Shown here: positions 36,221-46,081 of the stretch, one piece after another
Position numbering within the stretch: the first letter of the stretch is position 1
Layout of the letters: each line of letters opens with the position of its first letter
Source of the DNA: Deltaproteobacteria bacterium
Lineage (GTDB): Bacteria; Desulfobacterota; Syntrophobacteria; BM002
Assembly: GCA_022340905.1 (NCBI GenBank)
Contig: JAJDNB010000095.1
Span: 10,967-74,966, forward strand
Direction: 5' to 3'
DNA: 64,000 bases
Translations under genes and position numbers: made by a program
Notes under the pieces: model-generated
Databases searched by the model: none
Seen by the model: the letters and a program-made list of their open reading frames with translations, nothing else
What the model was told of the DNA's origin: nothing

Positions 36221-37321
36221 CTATTGAGTCATGTCCCTAATGATGGAGCGGATGGCTTTTTTCTGGGATTCGATACTTTCGGTGAGCCTGAATTGGATGA
36301 GTGCTCTGGCAAGATTGTGCTCTTGGTGGTCGGCCTTGAAGTAGACATTGCCTTCCAAGTAGTCGGTAAAAAATCTCAGTCCCAGCTCAAAAGAGATTAA
36401 CCGGATGGCGTCGTACAGATATTCGTAATCGTTTTCGGTGAGGAAGTCTCTTGCCAAAGAGAGATAGCCTTGAAGAATGGCCTGGCAAAGTTCGGGATCG
36501 AAGCGAACCCGTTCCCACTGGTCGATATCTTCACCGAGGGGATTGCAGCCGGAGCGGAGACAGTCGCCGATATCGTAATGAACCAGTCCGGGCTTTACGG
36601 TGTCTAGGTCGACAATACTGATAGCCTGACCAGTGGTGTTGTCAATCATTACGTTATTGACCTTTGGATCGCCGTGAATCGGGCGGAGGTCCAGTCTGCC
36701 CTCCCCTTTGGCTTTTTCGAGGATGTGTGCCCATTCCCTACGTTTCTCAATAAACTGCAAACCATAATTTATTTCCGGGGTTTTCTTGGGGCGGTTTTCT
36801 GCCATGACTTCATGGTAATGATTAAGGTAACGGGGCGTGATGTGAAAACCTTCCAGAGTATCTACCAGTTTTTCACTTGGCAGGTCGCTGAGGAGATTGT
36901 GGAACATTCCGAGGGCAATACCCACTTCTCTGGCGTGCTCAATGTCTTTGATGGTGTCGAAGGACTGGGAACGGTCAATAAAGCTGATGGCACGCCAGAA
37001 TGAACCACCGGGGGCAATCCAGTGGTCCTGATCGTCCTCTGTCCGGAGCACCCGCACCACTTCCCAACGTCGATCTGGACTGACAGGGACATGTCGGAGC
37101 CGCTGGTGAACATGCTCAGTAAAGGTACGCATGTTCAGCATGATAAGCTCTGGCTGGCGAAACACACGGGTGTTGATTCGTTGAAGGATGAAGTATTTCT
37201 CTTCTGCAGAAGCAAGGGTTACGATAAAAGTATCATTGACATTGCCATTGCCATATTCTTCAACGGTAACCACCTTACCCTGTGCTTTAAATTGATCTGC
37301 TACAGTGACAAGATTATCCAA
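36221..37321 (-). CDS. APH/ChoK-like phosphotransferase family protein (NahK-like sugar kinase candidate)
   Basis: HGDPKVNNVMID catalytic loop and DLD motif of the aminoglycoside-phosphotransferase fold. Adjacent to a ROK kinase. Confidence 0.6.
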   Translation of the reverse strand: MDNLVTVADQFKAQGKVVTVEEYGNGNVNDTFIVTLASAEEKYFILQRINTRVFRQPELIMLNMRTFTEHVHQRLRHVPVSPDRRWEVVRVLRTEDDQDHWIAPGGSFWRAISFIDRSQSFDTIKDIEHAREVGIALGMFHNLLSDLPSEKLVDTLEGFHITPRYLNHYHEVMAENRPKKTPEINYGLQFIEKRREWAHILEKAKGEGRLDLRPIHGDPKVNNVMIDNTTGQAISIVDLDTVKPGLVHYDIGDCLRSGCNPLGEDIDQWERVRFDPELCQAILQGYLSLARDFLTENDYEYLYDAIRLISFELGLRFFTDYLEGNVYFKADHQEHNLARALIQFRLTESIESQKKAIRSIIRDMTQ

Positions 37322-37354
37322 GATTGATCCTCTGACTTGGTTGATGCGTAATTA

Positions 37355-38341
37355 TCACATCTCTTCAGTTTCGGAGGCTAGGTAGGCTGCGCCCAAAGCT
37401 CCGGCATACTGCCCTAGAGCACTTCTGATCACTTTCACTTCAGGGGGCCGAACCATGGTCAAACGCGGGTTTAATTCCTTTTTTAGTGGTCCTATAAAAA
37501 AGTCCCAGGCATTTGCTAAACCGCCAGCAATGACCACACTTTGAATACCTAGCAATTGGGTTACATTAGCGATGGCTATGGCCAGGGAAGTCCCAACTAC
37601 ATTGAACAGTTCACGAGCCAAGGAGTCACCTTCCTGTGCTGCTTGCTGAATGGACTCAGCTTCCAACCTTCCTGTCCTTTCCAGACAACTCTTTAGGGTG
37701 CTCGAAACCCCTTGTTGTAAGTGTTTCTCAGCCCGTCGGATCAACCAACCTGCCGAGGCGAGCGTTTCCAGACATCCTCTGTTGCCACAAAGACATTGTT
37801 CCCCTTCGGGCTGAATGGTCATGTGACCTATTTCGCCGGCGGTAGTGTTGCCCGTTGTCCAAACTCTCCCCCCAATAATGAGGGAACCACCAACTCCTGT
37901 GCCAAGGGCTATACACAAAAAATCGCCCAGTTCACGACCACTACCTAAACGGTATTCAGCATAGCCGATGCAATCAACATCGTTGAAGACCCGGACTGGT
38001 GTCTCCAGTATTTCGATTAATTTTTCCTGCAAGGGAAACCCTTCCCAACCGGGAAGATTGGGTGAGACCAGAACCGATCCCTTTTTTACATCAATGGCAC
38101 CTGCACATCCCACCCCGACTACTCCAACTTGGATACCATCCTCCTTTGCTTTACGGATCATTGTGGCCAAAGTTGTAGCAATTTCAGTAACTATGATATC
38201 AGCTCCCGACTTTGTGGACGTCTTGAGAATGGTCCGATCAATAACATTTCCTTTCCGGAGATCAATAAAGACAACCTTTATGTTTGTTCCGCCAATGTCA
38301 ATACCTATAGCAACTGCAAACCCTGGCTCTAGACTCGACAT
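37355..38341 (-). CDS. ROK-family sugar kinase (glucokinase-like)
   Basis: GIDIGGTNIKV ATP-binding N-terminus and CLCGNRGCLETLAS zinc motif. Confidence 0.8.
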   Translation of the reverse strand: MSSLEPGFAVAIGIDIGGTNIKVVFIDLRKGNVIDRTILKTSTKSGADIIVTEIATTLATMIRKAKEDGIQVGVVGVGCAGAIDVKKGSVLVSPNLPGWEGFPLQEKLIEILETPVRVFNDVDCIGYAEYRLGSGRELGDFLCIALGTGVGGSLIIGGRVWTTGNTTAGEIGHMTIQPEGEQCLCGNRGCLETLASAGWLIRRAEKHLQQGVSSTLKSCLERTGRLEAESIQQAAQEGDSLARELFNVVGTSLAIAIANVTQLLGIQSVVIAGGLANAWDFFIGPLKKELNPRLTMVRPPEVKVIRSALGQYAGALGAAYLASETEEM

Positions 38342-38357
38342 CCTCCGTCCCCCTCCG

Positions 38358-38448
38358 GTTTCAGGTGGCAGGCACTAAGGTTTCGGGTGTCAGGTTTCAG
38401 GTGTCAGAAAAAAAACAAATAATGGCTGAAACCTGAACACTGAAACCT
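38358..38448. repeat. Dispersed intergenic palindromic repeat element (GGTTTCAGGTGTCAGG family), representative copy
   Basis: Left arms GGTTTCAGGTGGCAGG / GGTTTCGGGTGTCAGGTTTCAGGTGTCAG, A-rich spacer AAAAAAAACAAATAATG, right arm GCTGAAACCTGAACACTGAAACC, which is the imperfect reverse complement of the left arms. Other copies are at 3896-3954, 15783-15890, 22578-22637, 25440-25507, 28939-28996, 41340-41390, 41976-41999, 55222-55290 and 58639-58740, with a fragment at 11551-11568. Confidence 0.7.
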
Positions 38449-38511
38449 AACGTATCACAATTTATTGAGATTTTTGAAGTAAAATGGGCAGGACCGATCG
38501 CCTGAATCTGC

Positions 38512-38895
38512 TCAGCGGTTAGTCTTGGGTAATCTTGGAAGCCATGCGGTAAGCTTGTTGGCGTGGTGACTGGCAATCAACTCTCGAAGAAACCAACGGT
38601 CTCCACTGACTATATTCCTAAACCGCACCCCCATTCCGCGTATTATGCTCTTATCCTTGATCTCTTGGATGTCTTGCCACACAACTTCACCAATAATTGA
38701 GATGAGCCGACCCCTTGCGCTTATAACCATATGGAACTCGTCATTGGTGTTTAACATCTCCCGGCAGCGGATAAATGCGCCTCCCATGCTGAGATCTCGT
38801 GTTTCCCCGTTCACAAGACCATTTCCAGCCGTCTTTACAACAGGCAGTTTAATCTTAGCTCTTGGGTGCTTGCGTCTTTCCTTGCGATTCACCAT
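38512..38895 (-). CDS. PilZ-domain protein (c-di-GMP receptor)
   Basis: RKHPRAKIK ... DLSMGGAFIR PilZ motifs. Start at MVNRKE (38895) behind GAGGA. The ORF-track start at 38928 lacks an RBS. Confidence 0.7.
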   Translation of the reverse strand: MVNRKERRKHPRAKIKLPVVKTAGNGLVNGETRDLSMGGAFIRCREMLNTNDEFHMVISARGRLISIIGEVVWQDIQEIKDKSIIRGMGVRFRNIVSGDRWFLRELIASHHANKLTAWLPRLPKTNR

Positions 38896-39072
38896 ATTGT
38901 AATCCTCACGTCTGCTAAAAGAGGGCAAAAGCGCAAAGCAGGGGGAGCAAAGGTTATGCCAGAATGATTGAGACGACGATTAAATAAGATTTCATAGACT
39001 TATACTTAGGTAACAAAAAATAGCTTCAACAAAAGTAGGCAATATATTCCACAAAGAGGAAAAAGACTTCAC

Positions 39073-39828
39073 CTATTCTTTTCGTTCTATATTGTGTATC
39101 AACTCCAAAATATTCCCACCGAGGACTTTGTCGAGATCAGTCCCTGCTAGATTGAGAGCTTCAACCTTGCGTAGCTCGTGTCCTGGTGCACCAAAGGGAA
39201 AATCGCTCCCAAACAATAACCTTTCCGGACCGTAGTGCTGGATAAAGTGGCGCATGTGATCCATGGGTGCCAAAGCGGTATCTGCGTAAGTGTTACTGCG
39301 CTGCCAGATTCCTGACTTCTCCAAGGCAGGATAGGACCCATTCAAGGCCCCAAGGTGTGGTATGATAATCACTGCCTCGGGAGCCAGTTGCTCAATAAAC
39401 CAGCAGGTATTGGCAAAGCTTTCTTCCAAAACCACGGGCAGGCGACGCTCAGTTATCTCATGAATTATTTTCCCACAGCGGGGATCTTGGTAGTGATAGA
39501 CGGGCTCGTTGCTGTGACGATGCCATTTGATCCCACAATATTTCTGGTCGAGTTCCTCAATAGCAAAGTCGTTCCAAACAAACAGATACGGAAAAATCGA
39601 CTTGGTTCGGGTTGCCAGGTCAAGGAGATAACGATTTGCAGCATGTCTGGTTCCTATCCACTCCCGGTTGTCTTGGAAATTAGGATTGTGTCGATCGTAG
39701 ATATCTTCTACCGGAGCGTACAAACAGGCCCCATCGATGCCAGAGTCCTCTAGCAGGGGCGAAATTACCTCAAAGGGTAAGTCCACGTTTTGTATGCCAC
39801 AATGAATATGACTGTCGATTATTTGCAT
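39073..39828 (-). CDS. Amidohydrolase-2 family TIM-barrel metal-dependent hydrolase
   Basis: IDSHIHC N-terminus, LLFGSDFP C-terminal motif. Confidence 0.7.
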   Translation of the reverse strand: MQIIDSHIHCGIQNVDLPFEVISPLLEDSGIDGACLYAPVEDIYDRHNPNFQDNREWIGTRHAANRYLLDLATRTKSIFPYLFVWNDFAIEELDQKYCGIKWHRHSNEPVYHYQDPRCGKIIHEITERRLPVVLEESFANTCWFIEQLAPEAVIIIPHLGALNGSYPALEKSGIWQRSNTYADTALAPMDHMRHFIQHYGPERLLFGSDFPFGAPGHELRKVEALNLAGTDLDKVLGGNILELIHNIERKE

Positions 39829-39852
39829 CTCCGATACTCAATCTCCGGTCAC

Positions 39853-40341
39853 CTACCCGACGACACACACAGCACACCCTCGTGCTTCCCGAACCACTTT
39901 TGTAGAAATGCTCCCCATGAAAAACTCTCGGACGCGGGAGAGTCCACGTCTGCCCAAGATCAGGGTATCGTATTTGCCGAGTTCTGCTTCCTCTAGAATA
40001 GCGTCGGCAATCTCGAGCTTCTTCACTCCGAATTTAGACTTGATCTGTTCCGGCTTCGCTCCCCCCTTGCCGAGGATATCCTCGGCCTCGGCAAAGAACT
40101 TATTCATCTTGTCCTCGTCCTCCGCTCGCCAATATAGGCCGGCCAAGTCGGGACGTTCCACCTTGCGAGCATCAATTTCTTTTATCTCCTTTTTATCGAG
40201 ATTCATCCGGGAGATTGCCGGGAGAATCTGAAAGAGCACCAGCCGAGCCTCCGGATTTGGTGAGAATACTTTCCCGGCATATTCAACCGCTCGCCGTGAA
40301 TTTTGACTGCCATCTACGGCAATGAGTACATTGTGAAGCAT
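39853..40341 (-). CDS. Universal stress protein (UspA family)
   Basis: VLIAVDGSQNSRRAVEYA ... ILGRRGLSRVREFFMGSISTKVVREARGCAVCVV. Confidence 0.85.
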   Translation of the reverse strand: MLHNVLIAVDGSQNSRRAVEYAGKVFSPNPEARLVLFQILPAISRMNLDKKEIKEIDARKVERPDLAGLYWRAEDEDKMNKFFAEAEDILGKGGAKPEQIKSKFGVKKLEIADAILEEAELGKYDTLILGRRGLSRVREFFMGSISTKVVREARGCAVCVVG

Positions 40342-40452
40342 GAGGGCTCTCCTTGTATGACTCTTGGCTTTCCCGTGATCTTAGCAAACCAAGATTTAGG
40401 GAGTATTGGGGTATTGGATTGTGCCCCATCACTCCATTACTCCGTTACTCCA

Positions 40453-41289
40453 TTACAGCCTCACAAAAAAACTTTCAATTTTGTTGAAGTAATCCTGTCC
40501 TCCCACGACGTAGGTGTCGTTATGCCCTGCTCCTGGTAAAACTACAAATTCTTTTGGGTTGGGAGCTGCTTTGAAGAGTTTCCGACCAAGTTTGATAGGT
40601 ACAATCCTATCTCGGTCGCCGTGGAAAAAAAGTATGGGAACTCGCACCTGGACAATCTCATCCAGTGCATTCAACCGATGTTTTAATAAAGTCTCAGCGA
40701 AGGGAAGAGGATAGTGAGCCCTGGCCATGGCGCCCATGTTGGTAAAAGTCGACTCCAGAATTAAACCATCGCACTTTTTCGTAGCCCCCAAATGAGTAGC
40801 TGCAATGCCGCCCAAAGATCTTCCAAAAACAACAAGCTTGGCCCCATTTTGTCCAGCCCATTTCCTTGCCACCACGTAGGCCGCCTCTGAATCTTGATAA
40901 AAACCTTTTTCACTGATGTGGCCTTGACTGCGACCGTAACCGCGGTAATCAAAGATAAAAACGCTGATACCCATGTGGTGGAGCAAACGCACATTGTCCA
41001 AACGGTGTGAAATATTGCCGGCGTTGCCATGACAGAAAAGGAGCAGGTGTTTGGGAGAAGATGCTGGAATCAACCAACCGTGCAGGCGAACTGAATCTCC
41101 ACTGGTAAACCATACATCCTCAAATGGGAGGTCCAAGTCCAGCGGCGTCTGTTCTATCGTGGTCTCAGGGAAAAAGACCTGCCTTTCCACAAACCAGTTC
41201 CAGCAACCGGTAAGAAAACCCAAGATCAACACCCCCACGAAAAAGGCCCCGACTCGCAGAACCTTAAATATAACCCTTCTAATGGCCAT
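40453..41289 (-). CDS. Alpha/beta-fold hydrolase with N-terminal membrane anchor
   Basis: FCHGNAGN ... DYRGYGRSQG ... GRSLGG nucleophile elbow ... HNDT. Confidence 0.75.
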   Translation of the reverse strand: MAIRRVIFKVLRVGAFFVGVLILGFLTGCWNWFVERQVFFPETTIEQTPLDLDLPFEDVWFTSGDSVRLHGWLIPASSPKHLLLFCHGNAGNISHRLDNVRLLHHMGISVFIFDYRGYGRSQGHISEKGFYQDSEAAYVVARKWAGQNGAKLVVFGRSLGGIAATHLGATKKCDGLILESTFTNMGAMARAHYPLPFAETLLKHRLNALDEIVQVRVPILFFHGDRDRIVPIKLGRKLFKAAPNPKEFVVLPGAGHNDTYVVGGQDYFNKIESFFVRL

Positions 41290-41447
41290 ATCATTTCAGT
41301 ATGTCAAAGAAGGACTAGAAACTGAGCACCAAGGCTCACGGTGTGAGGTTTCAGGCTTCAGGAAGGAAAAATTATAAAAGCTGAAACCTTAGTCTTCCCT
41401 CTATGCTCTATGCTCTATGCCCTCTGCGAGGGGCGAAGCCCCTCTAG

Positions 41448-41864
41448 TCATATTTCCTTAAAGACTTTGGCCAATGACTCGCCAGCCACATGCAGCTTCC
41501 ATTCATTGAGGTAGCCAAAGGGCGTCACTGTAACTAAATATCCTGACCTCTCCAGCCGATCACGGGCGTTTTGAACCAATTCCTCGGCGAAATCTGCAGG
41601 AGCTTTGCTTGTCGAGAGATGATTAAACGAATGTAAGACTATGTTCTTGGAATCAAATTTTCCAGCGAGCCATTTGATATTTTTCAAAAACTTTGTTAGG
41701 ACCTTGCCCCGCCTCTCAAGGTCATCAGTCTCAACCTGATAAAAGACTACCACAGCGTTTTGACAACTGGCCTCTAATTCCTGGTCGGCCACGTGTTCCA
41801 GAACTTTTTGGTAAGTCTTGAACCAAAAAGAGGGGGCGTAGAAAAGAAGAAGTTTCATCAGCAC
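41448..41864 (-). CDS. Hypothetical protein
   Basis: 138-aa ORF with good codon usage and no recognisable motif. Confidence 0.3.
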   Translation of the reverse strand: MLMKLLLFYAPSFWFKTYQKVLEHVADQELEASCQNAVVVFYQVETDDLERRGKVLTKFLKNIKWLAGKFDSKNIVLHSFNHLSTSKAPADFAEELVQNARDRLERSGYLVTVTPFGYLNEWKLHVAGESLAKVFKEI

Positions 41865-42000
41865 AGCCTAGTGAAATATCCCAAGATAAAATCATACAAC
41901 GGCTAAAAGGCGGTGGTCAACAAAGAGTGAAGATATCCGATAAAAGTTCGCGGAGCGCAAAGCACATAGCGAAAAAGCTGAAACCTGACACCGGAAACCT

Positions 42001-42390
42001 CTATTGAGCGAAGAACTCTTTTTTTCGCGTAACCTCTTGCTTAATCCTGTTCACAGTGTCTTCCAGTACTGGAAATACGTGTTCACGTATATCCCCGGCC
42101 ACAGCCACAAACATCACATCTTCACTAACCTTTCGATATCCCTCAAACAAATGGACTGCCACTTCGATTATTCCCTCGCATCCCTTCATTTCCAGGAGAA
42201 TCGTCTCGAGGCGGTTGCGGTCTACTTCGATCTCCAACCCCTTGACAGTCCGACCATCTTTGGAAGTTGCCCTGACCACACCGATATGGCAGGCAACCAT
42301 ACCGGCCTTGTCGAAGTCAGGGCTTCTCCTGATAGCATCCAGCATATCCTGTAACGTCATCTGAATGAACTCCTTATTGGCAGAGAGCAT
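42001..42390 (-). CDS. Molybdopterin synthase catalytic subunit-like (MoaE family), tentative
   Basis: GMVACHIGVVR..DGRTVKGLEIEV and VMFVAVAGDIREHVFPVLEDTVNRIK follow the MoaE pattern (G.vvtF.G.VR ... v.va.sAHR..aF.a....D.lK). Confidence 0.45.
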   Translation of the reverse strand: MLSANKEFIQMTLQDMLDAIRRSPDFDKAGMVACHIGVVRATSKDGRTVKGLEIEVDRNRLETILLEMKGCEGIIEVAVHLFEGYRKVSEDVMFVAVAGDIREHVFPVLEDTVNRIKQEVTRKKEFFAQ

Positions 42391-42677
42391 AGAGTATAAA
42401 GTATAAAGTAAATGCTATAGCGATAAACGCTATGCGCCTGGCGCTCTGTGCTTTGCGGGGTCTGATTTCGTTGACACCAAGGCACCACTATTGTAAAGTC
42501 CTTAGCACAAAAGACGAGGGTCAGCAAAGGTTTTCGATGCTCCGGATACGGACTCCCGCTGCAGAATTCACCAGCGAAAACCCTTAAAACATACTTCTAT
42601 ATGGTAGGTGACCCAAATCTCCATTTCCATCTGTGTTTTCTCAATAATGTGTCAATCACCGTTTCTAAGGCCAGGCT

Positions 42678-43733
42678 ATGCGACTGGGAATCATTGGACT
42701 TCCTGGGTGCGGGAAGACTACAGTTTTCAATGCTCTCACCAGTAGTTCCGCCCAGGTCTCAGATTTTTCCACGGTAGAACGGGGTCCCAATCTGGCGGTG
42801 GTAAAGGTGCCGGAGCCTCGGCTGCCCTTTCTCGCAAAGCTGTACAATCCCAAGAAAGTTTCAGAAACCACGGTTGAATATGTGGATGTGGGTGGTTTGA
42901 CCGGCGCCGCACAGAAAGGTGAAGAACTGGGAGAGGCTTTTCTCAATCACATAAGACCTGTGGACGCACTAATTCACGTTGTGCGCAACTTCCGACATCC
43001 CCTGCACGGCGCTCCGGATCCTATGGGTGACCTGTCGCGGGTGGAGACGGAACTTATTTTGGCGGACCTGCTGGTTGTGGAGAAAAGGCTTGAACGCATC
43101 GCCACCGAGAGAAAGAAAGGGAAGAAGGAGAGCCCTGAAGAGGTGCGGGTGTTGGAACAATGTCTGGAAACCTTGGAGGCCAGTAATGCTCTTAGACCCC
43201 TGGCGGATATACTTGATGTGCCCGTTATGAGGGGATTTAGTTTCCTTTCAGCGAAACCCGTGCTCATACTGGTCAACCAGGCGGAGGAAAATTTGCAGCC
43301 CCTGCCAAAAGGAATACCTGATGGCACCATGGGGCCTTACCTAGAAATAACGGGTAAGCTGGAAATGGAATTGGCGCAACTCACCCCGGAAGAGGCAGGT
43401 GAGTTTATGGAGGAACTCGGACTGGAGGCGCTCGCCAGGGAGCAGGTCATACAGGCCTCCTTTCGACTTCTCGGCCTGATATCTTTCTTCACTGCCAATG
43501 AACAGGAAGCGCGGGCCTGGACCATTAAGCAGGGCAGCTCTGCCCTAAGAGCAGCGGGCGTTGTACATACAGACATGGAGCGCGGTTTCATTCGGGCCGA
43601 GGTGGTCGCCTATGATGATCTCAAAAATAGCGGCAACTACGCTCAAGCGCAAAAACAGGGGCTTGTGCGCTTGGAAGGAAAGGACTATATAGTTCAAGAC
43701 GGTGATGTCATCTTTTTTCGCTTCAAAGTTTGA
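42678..43733 (+). CDS. ychF: Ribosome-binding ATPase YchF (Obg-family GTPase with TGS domain)
   Basis: GIIGLPGCGKTTVFNALT P-loop. C-terminus GFIRAEVVAYDDL...GKDYIVQDGDVIFFRFKV is the YchF TGS signature. Confidence 0.85.
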   Translation: MRLGIIGLPGCGKTTVFNALTSSSAQVSDFSTVERGPNLAVVKVPEPRLPFLAKLYNPKKVSETTVEYVDVGGLTGAAQKGEELGEAFLNHIRPVDALIHVVRNFRHPLHGAPDPMGDLSRVETELILADLLVVEKRLERIATERKKGKKESPEEVRVLEQCLETLEASNALRPLADILDVPVMRGFSFLSAKPVLILVNQAEENLQPLPKGIPDGTMGPYLEITGKLEMELAQLTPEEAGEFMEELGLEALAREQVIQASFRLLGLISFFTANEQEARAWTIKQGSSALRAAGVVHTDMERGFIRAEVVAYDDLKNSGNYAQAQKQGLVRLEGKDYIVQDGDVIFFRFKV

Positions 43734-43848
43734 AATCCATAGTGAATACTGGATGCTCAAGGTAGAATGCTCCGTTCGAGACTGACTCTATATTGTTGGA
43801 TTGACATAGACGATCTGATAAAGATACACGTTTCGCTGAGCCAGTAAG

Positions 43849-45549
43849 GTGATTCAGAGAGGAGGAATCATGTTTGACAAGGAACAACTAAAGTCTATCA
43901 AAGCAAAAAAAGAGGAATGGGACTGCGGCCCAGTAGAAAAAGTTTGTGCCAAGTTTCCGGAACGAAGATCCGTATTTACCACTATTTCAGGTGAAGAGGT
44001 TGATCGTCTCTACACGCCGGCCGATGTTGCCGATTTGGATTACGAGAATAAACTGGGCTTTCCGGGAGAATATCCTTTTACCCGCGGAGTACAACCCACC
44101 ATGTACAGGGGCCGTTTGTGGACTATGCGTCAGTATGCCGGTTTTGGTACCGCCCGCGAGACCAATGCACGCTATCGATATTTGTTGAAACAAGGTCAGA
44201 CAGGCCTCAGCGTAGCTTTCGACCTGCCAACTCAATCAGGCTACGACTCCGACCACCCCCTATCCATGGGCGAGGTGGGCAAGGTGGGGGTTGCCATTGA
44301 TTCCATCGATGATATGCGGGTGCTTTTCGACCAGATTCCTCTCGATAAAGTCACCACCTCTATGACCATTAATGCTCCGGCAACTGTATTACTGGCTATG
44401 TATTTGGCTCTCGCAGAAGCACAAGACGTCCCTTACGACAAGGTGGGCGGTACTGTACAAAACGACATCCTCAAGGAAATTATCTGTCGAGGCCAGTACA
44501 TCTATCCGCCCCTGCCGTCCATGCGTCTCACTGTAGATCTCATAAAGTATTGTTACGAGTATGTCCCCAGGTGGAATACCATCAGCATTAGCGGCTATCA
44601 TATTCGCGAGGCCGGTTCCACTGCGGCTCAGGAGATGGCATTTACCATCGCCAACGGCATTTCCTATGTGCAGGCCTGCATGGATGCAGGTATGGAGATT
44701 GACTCTTTCGGACCACGTCTTTCCTTTTTCTATAATGCCTTCACCAATGTTTTGGAAGAGGTCGCCAAGTTCAGAGCCGGCAGACGCTACTGGGCTAAAA
44801 TTATGAAGGAGCGGTTTGGCGCCAAAAACCCCAGATCGATGATGATGCGTTATCATGTGCAGACCGGGGGTGTTACCCTCACTGCCCAACAGCCACTTAA
44901 CAACGTAGTCAGGGTTGCTTTACAGACTCTGGCAACTGCCTATGGCGGGGCTCAATCACTGCACACTAACTCATTCGATGAGGCCCTATGCCTGCCCACT
45001 GAGGAAGCAGTAACTGTAGCCTTGAGAACTCAGCAGATAGTTGCTGAAGAAAGTGGAGCTGCGGATAGCATAGACCCGCTGGCAGGCTCCTACTATGTTG
45101 AGGCCATGACCGATCGAATTGAGGAAGAAATCGATGAGTATATTAAGAAGATTGACGCTATGGGAGGTACCCTTAAAGCCATAGAAGAAGGATACATTCA
45201 GAGAGAAATCCAGGACAGTGCCTACCGTTTTCAGAAAGAGATCGAAGCAAATGAGCGTATATATGTGGGGATCAATAAATACACCATGGAGGAACCTCCA
45301 CTCAAAAACCTGCTCAAGGTAGACCCCAAGCAACAAGAAATTGAGACGGAGAAGTTGAAGAAGTTTCGGGCTGCAAGAGATCAAGAGGTCTGGAAGTCGG
45401 CGTTGGACAGACTAGATGAGGTTTCGAGAACTGACGAGAATGTCATGCCTGCAGTGATTGAAGCGGTTAAGGCCAAAGCTACCGTTGGTGAGGTTTGCGA
45501 TGTGTGGCGAAATATTTGGGGCGAGTATCGGCCAAAAGAATTTGTGTAA
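43849..45549 (+). CDS. Methylmalonyl-CoA mutase family large (substrate-binding) subunit
   Basis: RGRLWTMRQYAGFGTARETNARYRYLLKQGQTGLSVAFDLPTQSGYDSDHP, canonical acyl-CoA mutase TIM-barrel motifs. 566 aa. Confidence 0.9.
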   Translation: MIQRGGIMFDKEQLKSIKAKKEEWDCGPVEKVCAKFPERRSVFTTISGEEVDRLYTPADVADLDYENKLGFPGEYPFTRGVQPTMYRGRLWTMRQYAGFGTARETNARYRYLLKQGQTGLSVAFDLPTQSGYDSDHPLSMGEVGKVGVAIDSIDDMRVLFDQIPLDKVTTSMTINAPATVLLAMYLALAEAQDVPYDKVGGTVQNDILKEIICRGQYIYPPLPSMRLTVDLIKYCYEYVPRWNTISISGYHIREAGSTAAQEMAFTIANGISYVQACMDAGMEIDSFGPRLSFFYNAFTNVLEEVAKFRAGRRYWAKIMKERFGAKNPRSMMMRYHVQTGGVTLTAQQPLNNVVRVALQTLATAYGGAQSLHTNSFDEALCLPTEEAVTVALRTQQIVAEESGAADSIDPLAGSYYVEAMTDRIEEEIDEYIKKIDAMGGTLKAIEEGYIQREIQDSAYRFQKEIEANERIYVGINKYTMEEPPLKNLLKVDPKQQEIETEKLKKFRAARDQEVWKSALDRLDEVSRTDENVMPAVIEAVKAKATVGEVCDVWRNIWGEYRPKEFV

Positions 45550-45663
45550 ACGCAAATTCAGCGGGCAGCCTACAGCTGTCAGCAGGCAGCAAAAAGGCAT
45601 ATTTTCCTGATTACGGCTGCCTGCTGCATCCTGCCTGCTGCTAGCTGGATAGGGAGGTTGAGG

Positions 45664-46068
45664 ATGACAGCTAAGAAGAGGGTTAAAATCATCATGGCTA
45701 AGCCTGGCCTGGACGGCCATGACCGGGGGGCAAAGCTCTTGGCGCGCGTTTTTGCTGAAGCTGGGATGGAGGTAGTATATACTGGCCTGCGCCAAACTCC
45801 GGAGATGATAGTTGATGCGGCGTTACAGGAAGACGCAGACGTGGTGGGATTGAGCAGTCTGAGTGGAGTGCACAACTATTTCTTTCCCCGAGTCGTGCAA
45901 TTACTCAAAGAGAAAGGCCTCGATGATGTTCTGGTTGTTGGTGGCGGCATCATACCCGAAGAAGATGTCGCAGAGTTAAAGAAAGCCGGGGTAGCTGCCA
46001 TCTTTGGACCGGGTACCAGAACGGATGATATCATCAAATTCATCGAGGATAATGTCTCCAGGAGTTAA
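45664..46068 (+). CDS. Methylmalonyl-CoA mutase B12-binding small subunit
   Basis: [23 protein letters not shown] contains the DxHxxG cobalamin-binding motif. ATG at 45664 behind GGGAGG. Confidence 0.85.
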   Translation: MTAKKRVKIIMAKPGLDGHDRGAKLLARVFAEAGMEVVYTGLRQTPEMIVDAALQEDADVVGLSSLSGVHNYFFPRVVQLLKEKGLDDVLVVGGGIIPEEDVAELKKAGVAAIFGPGTRTDDIIKFIEDNVSRS

Positions 46069-46081
46069 TTAAGAGGAGTGC

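Noticed and set aside
43734-43848. Looked for a cobalamin riboswitch upstream of the methylmalonyl-CoA mutase gene
   Set aside because: The leader is only about 115 nt and lacks the conserved B12-box/GCCACUG core. Cannot be excluded without a covariance-model scan.
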